From Phycisphaerae bacterium (GTDB lineage: Bacteria; Planctomycetota; Phycisphaerae; SM23-33), in contig WRDM01000008.1 of NCBI GenBank assembly GCA_009783465.1, positions 2,943 through 66,942 of the forward strand: a DNA stretch of 64,000 bases, written 5' to 3'. Each line of letters begins with the position of its first letter. Position 1 is the stretch's first letter. Below, in pieces: positions 61,247 through 64,000 of this stretch. The notes beneath the pieces are model-generated. The model worked only from the letters and a program-made list of their open reading frames with translations, was not told the DNA's origin and searched no databases. The translations under genes and the position numbers were made by a program.

Positions 61247-61576
61247 ATGGCATGGCGAGCAACATATAAGTACGCACGTGGCAGCGCCCGTAAGGCCCGT
61301 TGGATGGTCGATATGATCCGAGGCCGAGCGGTGCAGGATGCCCTGAACATTCTGAAGTTCACGCCGAATCTGGCGGCGACGCAGGTCCGCAAGGTGCTGA
61401 CGTCGGCCGTGGCCAACGCCAACGAAGCCGAGGCCAAGGTCGAAAGCCTGGTCGTCCAGGAGGCGTTCGTGAATGACGGGCCCGTGATGAAGCGGTTCCA
61501 CCCCAAGGACCGCGGCCGGGCGCACTCGATTCTCAAGCGAACCAGCCACATTACCGTGGTGGTCGAAGAGGCGTAA
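61247..61576 (+). CDS. rplV: 50S ribosomal protein L22
   Basis: 'SARKARWMVDMIRG' and operon order. Confidence 0.95.
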   Translation: MAWRATYKYARGSARKARWMVDMIRGRAVQDALNILKFTPNLAATQVRKVLTSAVANANEAEAKVESLVVQEAFVNDGPVMKRFHPKDRGRAHSILKRTSHITVVVEEA

Positions 61577-61587
61577 CGAAGGACACT

Positions 61588-62484
61588 ATGGGTCAAAAAG
61601 TAAATCCCACTGGTTTTCGCACAGGCGTGACGATCGGCTGGAAGAGCCGTTGGTTTGCCCCCAAGGCCAACTACGGCGAATTCCTGGTCGAGGATGAAAA
61701 AATCCGCCGTTTCGTCGACGACAAACTCAGCCGCCAACCCCCGCACGCGGCCATCAGCTGCGTCGAGATCGAGCGGACCCGCGAGGAAGTGAAGGTTCTT
61801 CTCAAGACCGCCAGGCCTGGCTTGGTCATCGGCCCCAAGGGCGCCGAAGTGGACAAGCTCAAGGGCCATCTTGAGGACCTCACCAACCGCCGCGTGAGCA
61901 TCAATATTCTTGAGATCAAGAATCCTGATATCGACGCGCGTCTGGTGGCCGAGAATATCGCCGAGCAGCTCAAGCGTCGCGCGAGTTTCCGTCGGACGCT
62001 CAAGCAGCGGGCCGACGCGGCGATGCAGGCCGGCGCCAAGGGCGTGAAGATCCAGGTGTCAGGCCGGCTGGGCGGGGCGGAGATGAGTCGCACCGAGCAG
62101 ATTATTCTGGGCAGCATTCCGCTGCACACGCTGGAAGCGGACGTGGATTTTGGCTTCGTGCCGGCCTTCACGACATACGGCGTGATCGGCTGCAAGGTGT
62201 GGGTGTATCGCGGGATGTTCGGCGAGACGCCGAGCGAGGAAGAGCAGGCCGCTGCGGCGGCGATGACGCGGGCGCGTCGTCGTCGCGAGCGTGGCGGCCC
62301 GGGCGGCGGTCCTGGTGGCGGCGGTGGTGACCGTCGCGGTGGTGGCCGAGGCGGGCGTGACGATCGTCGTCCGACGGTCGAGGGCGGCGCGTCCAGGCCC
62401 GGCGGCAGCCGGCTTGGCAGCCTCAAGCAGCAACCGCAGCAGGCCCCGCAGGCGGCCCCGGAAGAGCCGTCGCAGCCGCAATAA
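61588..62484 (+). CDS. rpsC: 30S ribosomal protein S3 with long Gly/Arg- and Gln/Pro-rich C-terminal tail
   Basis: 'MGQKVNPTGFR' and the KH domain 'GPKGAEVDKL'. About 75 extra low-complexity residues. Confidence 0.95.
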   Translation: MGQKVNPTGFRTGVTIGWKSRWFAPKANYGEFLVEDEKIRRFVDDKLSRQPPHAAISCVEIERTREEVKVLLKTARPGLVIGPKGAEVDKLKGHLEDLTNRRVSINILEIKNPDIDARLVAENIAEQLKRRASFRRTLKQRADAAMQAGAKGVKIQVSGRLGGAEMSRTEQIILGSIPLHTLEADVDFGFVPAFTTYGVIGCKVWVYRGMFGETPSEEEQAAAAAMTRARRRRERGGPGGGPGGGGGDRRGGGRGGRDDRRPTVEGGASRPGGSRLGSLKQQPQQAPQAAPEEPSQPQ

Positions 62485-62590
62485 CGCGTCCGTCGCGGCG
62501 GAATGGAATGGATGTAAACCGCAGTGTTGTTGTAACGCAGAGTTTATTGACGGGTGAGACCCCCGTGTTACGGATAAGACAGGTGCCCTT

Positions 62591-63010
62591 ATGGCGATGA
62601 TGCCAAAACGAATCAAGTACCGTAAGATGCAGCGTGGCAAGATGCCCGGCATGGCCACGCGAGGCAATACGGTTTCTTACGGTGAATACGGCCTCCAGAG
62701 CATGATGGCGGCATGGATTTCCGGCAAGCATCTGGAAGCCGGTCGCGTGGCGGCGACGCACTTCCTGCACCGCGAAGGCCGCGTGTATATTCGCGTCTTC
62801 CCGGACAAACCGATCTCCGCCAAGCCGCTGGAAGTCCGCATGGGCACCGGCAAGGGCGAGACGGACGACTGGGTGGTTCCGATCAAGCCGGGCACGATTC
62901 TGTTCGAGGTGGGCGGCGTGGATGAAGCCACCGCCAAGGGCGCGCTGCGTCGCATCGCGGCCAAGATGCCCGTGAAATGCCGCCTGATTCACCGACGACA
63001 TGGCCACTAA
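62591..63010 (+). CDS. rplP: 50S ribosomal protein L16
   Basis: 'MPKRIKYRKMQRG'. The start could instead be 62597. Confidence 0.95.
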   Translation: MAMMPKRIKYRKMQRGKMPGMATRGNTVSYGEYGLQSMMAAWISGKHLEAGRVAATHFLHREGRVYIRVFPDKPISAKPLEVRMGTGKGETDDWVVPIKPGTILFEVGGVDEATAKGALRRIAAKMPVKCRLIHRRHGH

Positions 63011-63030
63011 AGGCCGAAGGATTGCAAGCG

Positions 63031-63231
63031 ATGAAGATCAGTGAAATACGAAACTTGTCTGACGACGAGTTGCAGATCGAGATGGATCGGCTTCGCCGGC
63101 ACCTCTTCGACCTTCGGTCGCAGTCGGTGACGGAGAAGCTGGAGAATCCGACGCAGATCGGCAAGGCGCGTCGGGATGTGGCGAGAATTTTGACGGTCAA
63201 GCGTCAGCGTGAGCTGGCCGCCCAGAAATAG
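63031..63231 (+). CDS. rpmC: 50S ribosomal protein L29
   Basis: 'EIRNLSDDELQIEMDRLRRHLFDLR'. Confidence 0.9.
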   Translation: MKISEIRNLSDDELQIEMDRLRRHLFDLRSQSVTEKLENPTQIGKARRDVARILTVKRQRELAAQK

Positions 63232-63243
63232 CGAGTGGTTTCG

Positions 63244-63561
63244 ATGGAAAACGCACAGACGACCCCGCAGACCCAGGAACAGGAAGCGCATCGCCCCCGC
63301 CGGACGGGACTGGTGACGTCGGCTTCGGGCAACAAGACGATCCGCGTGCTGGTGGAATCGCAGGTACAACACCCGATGTACGGCAAGTACCTTCTCCGCC
63401 GGACGAAGCTGGCCGCCCACGATCCGGCCAATGAGGCCAAGAAGGGCGACACGGTGGAGATCATCACCTGCCGCCGGATCAGCAAGATGAAGAGCTGGCG
63501 TCTGGTGCGGGTGGTCAAGAAGGCGACCATCTCCTCGCAGGCCAAAGCGGAACGAGGTTAA
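63244..63561 (+). CDS. rpsQ: 30S ribosomal protein S17
   Basis: 'GLVTSASGNKTIRVLVE...HPMYGKY'. ATG 63244 (GTG 63235 is possible). Confidence 0.9.
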   Translation: MENAQTTPQTQEQEAHRPRRTGLVTSASGNKTIRVLVESQVQHPMYGKYLLRRTKLAAHDPANEAKKGDTVEIITCRRISKMKSWRLVRVVKKATISSQAKAERG

Positions 63562-63564
63562 GCC

Positions 63565-63948
63565 GTGATACAACAGGAAACCAGGTTAGACTGTGCCGAC
63601 AATACCGGCGCCAACGAGCTGTACTGCATCAAGGTGCTGGGCGGCTCGACCCGCGCGGGCGGCTTTTACCGCCGCACGGCCAGTTTGGGCGACGTGATCA
63701 TCTGTTCGGTGAAGAAGGCCGTTCCCGACGGCACGGTGAAGTCCGGCGACGTGGTTCGCTGCGTCATCGTGCGGACGGCGAACCCGGTCCGTCGGGCCGA
63801 CGGCAGTTATGTGCGGTTCGACCGTTCGGCGGCCGTCATTATCGACGAGAACGGCAACCCGCGAGGCACCCGCATTTTCGGCGCGGTCGCCCGCGAGTTG
63901 CGAGAGAACTTCATGAAGATCGTCTCGCTGGCGTCGGAGGTGGTGTAA
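63565..63948 (+). CDS. rplN: 50S ribosomal protein L14
   Basis: GTG start. '[15 protein letters not shown]'. Confidence 0.95.
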   Translation: MIQQETRLDCADNTGANELYCIKVLGGSTRAGGFYRRTASLGDVIICSVKKAVPDGTVKSGDVVRCVIVRTANPVRRADGSYVRFDRSAAVIIDENGNPRGTRIFGAVARELRENFMKIVSLASEVV

Positions 63949-63950
63949 TT

Positions 63951-64000
63951 ATGTCGATACACGTGAAAAAAGGCGACATCGTCGTGGTGCTCGCCGGCGA
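63951..64000 (+). CDS. rplX: 50S ribosomal protein L24 (5' fragment, runs off the window)
   Basis: 'MSIHVKKGDIVVVLAG' and operon order. Confidence 0.85.
   Translation, partial: MSIHVKKGDIVVVLAG

Overview
GC-rich bacterial chromosomal segment. The gene content (PEP-CTERM proteins, BatA/VWA/DUF58 genes, secreted PQQ-propeller proteins) suggests a Planctomycetota/Phycisphaerae-like organism, but this is inference only. I support about 60 protein genes. They include housekeeping genes (bioA, purB, rnr, lgt, rsmD, ppiB, hemW-like), one tRNA-Cys, the start of the S10/spc ribosomal-protein operon (57.9-64 kb), envelope and polysaccharide genes, and a VapBC pair. Two things stand out. (1) More than 30 hairpin/palindromic repeat elements lie between 0 and 53 kb. 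They total roughly 5 kb, about 8% of the window by hand count. Most are built on one modular plan: stems made of inverted arrays of tandem 7-8-mers in six sequence 'flavours', an optional conserved outer clamp TTCGAGGGAAC, and loops that often contain another hairpin element, nested up to 4 levels deep. A GC-rich palindromic family also sits in frame inside conserved genes (radical SAM, RNase R twice, HemW), recalling Rickettsia palindromic elements. (2) A 12-kb phage-derived structural module (portal, scaffold, DUF5309-like capsid, tail-like genes; 10.2-22.2 kb) has intact ORFs with strong SD sites. I find no terminase, integrase, replication or endolysin gene anywhere in the window. The module is punctuated by the host's own hairpin repeats, so it is a candidate domesticated particle (GTA-like) locus rather than a fresh prophage. 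All homology calls come from motif recognition by eye; no searches were run.
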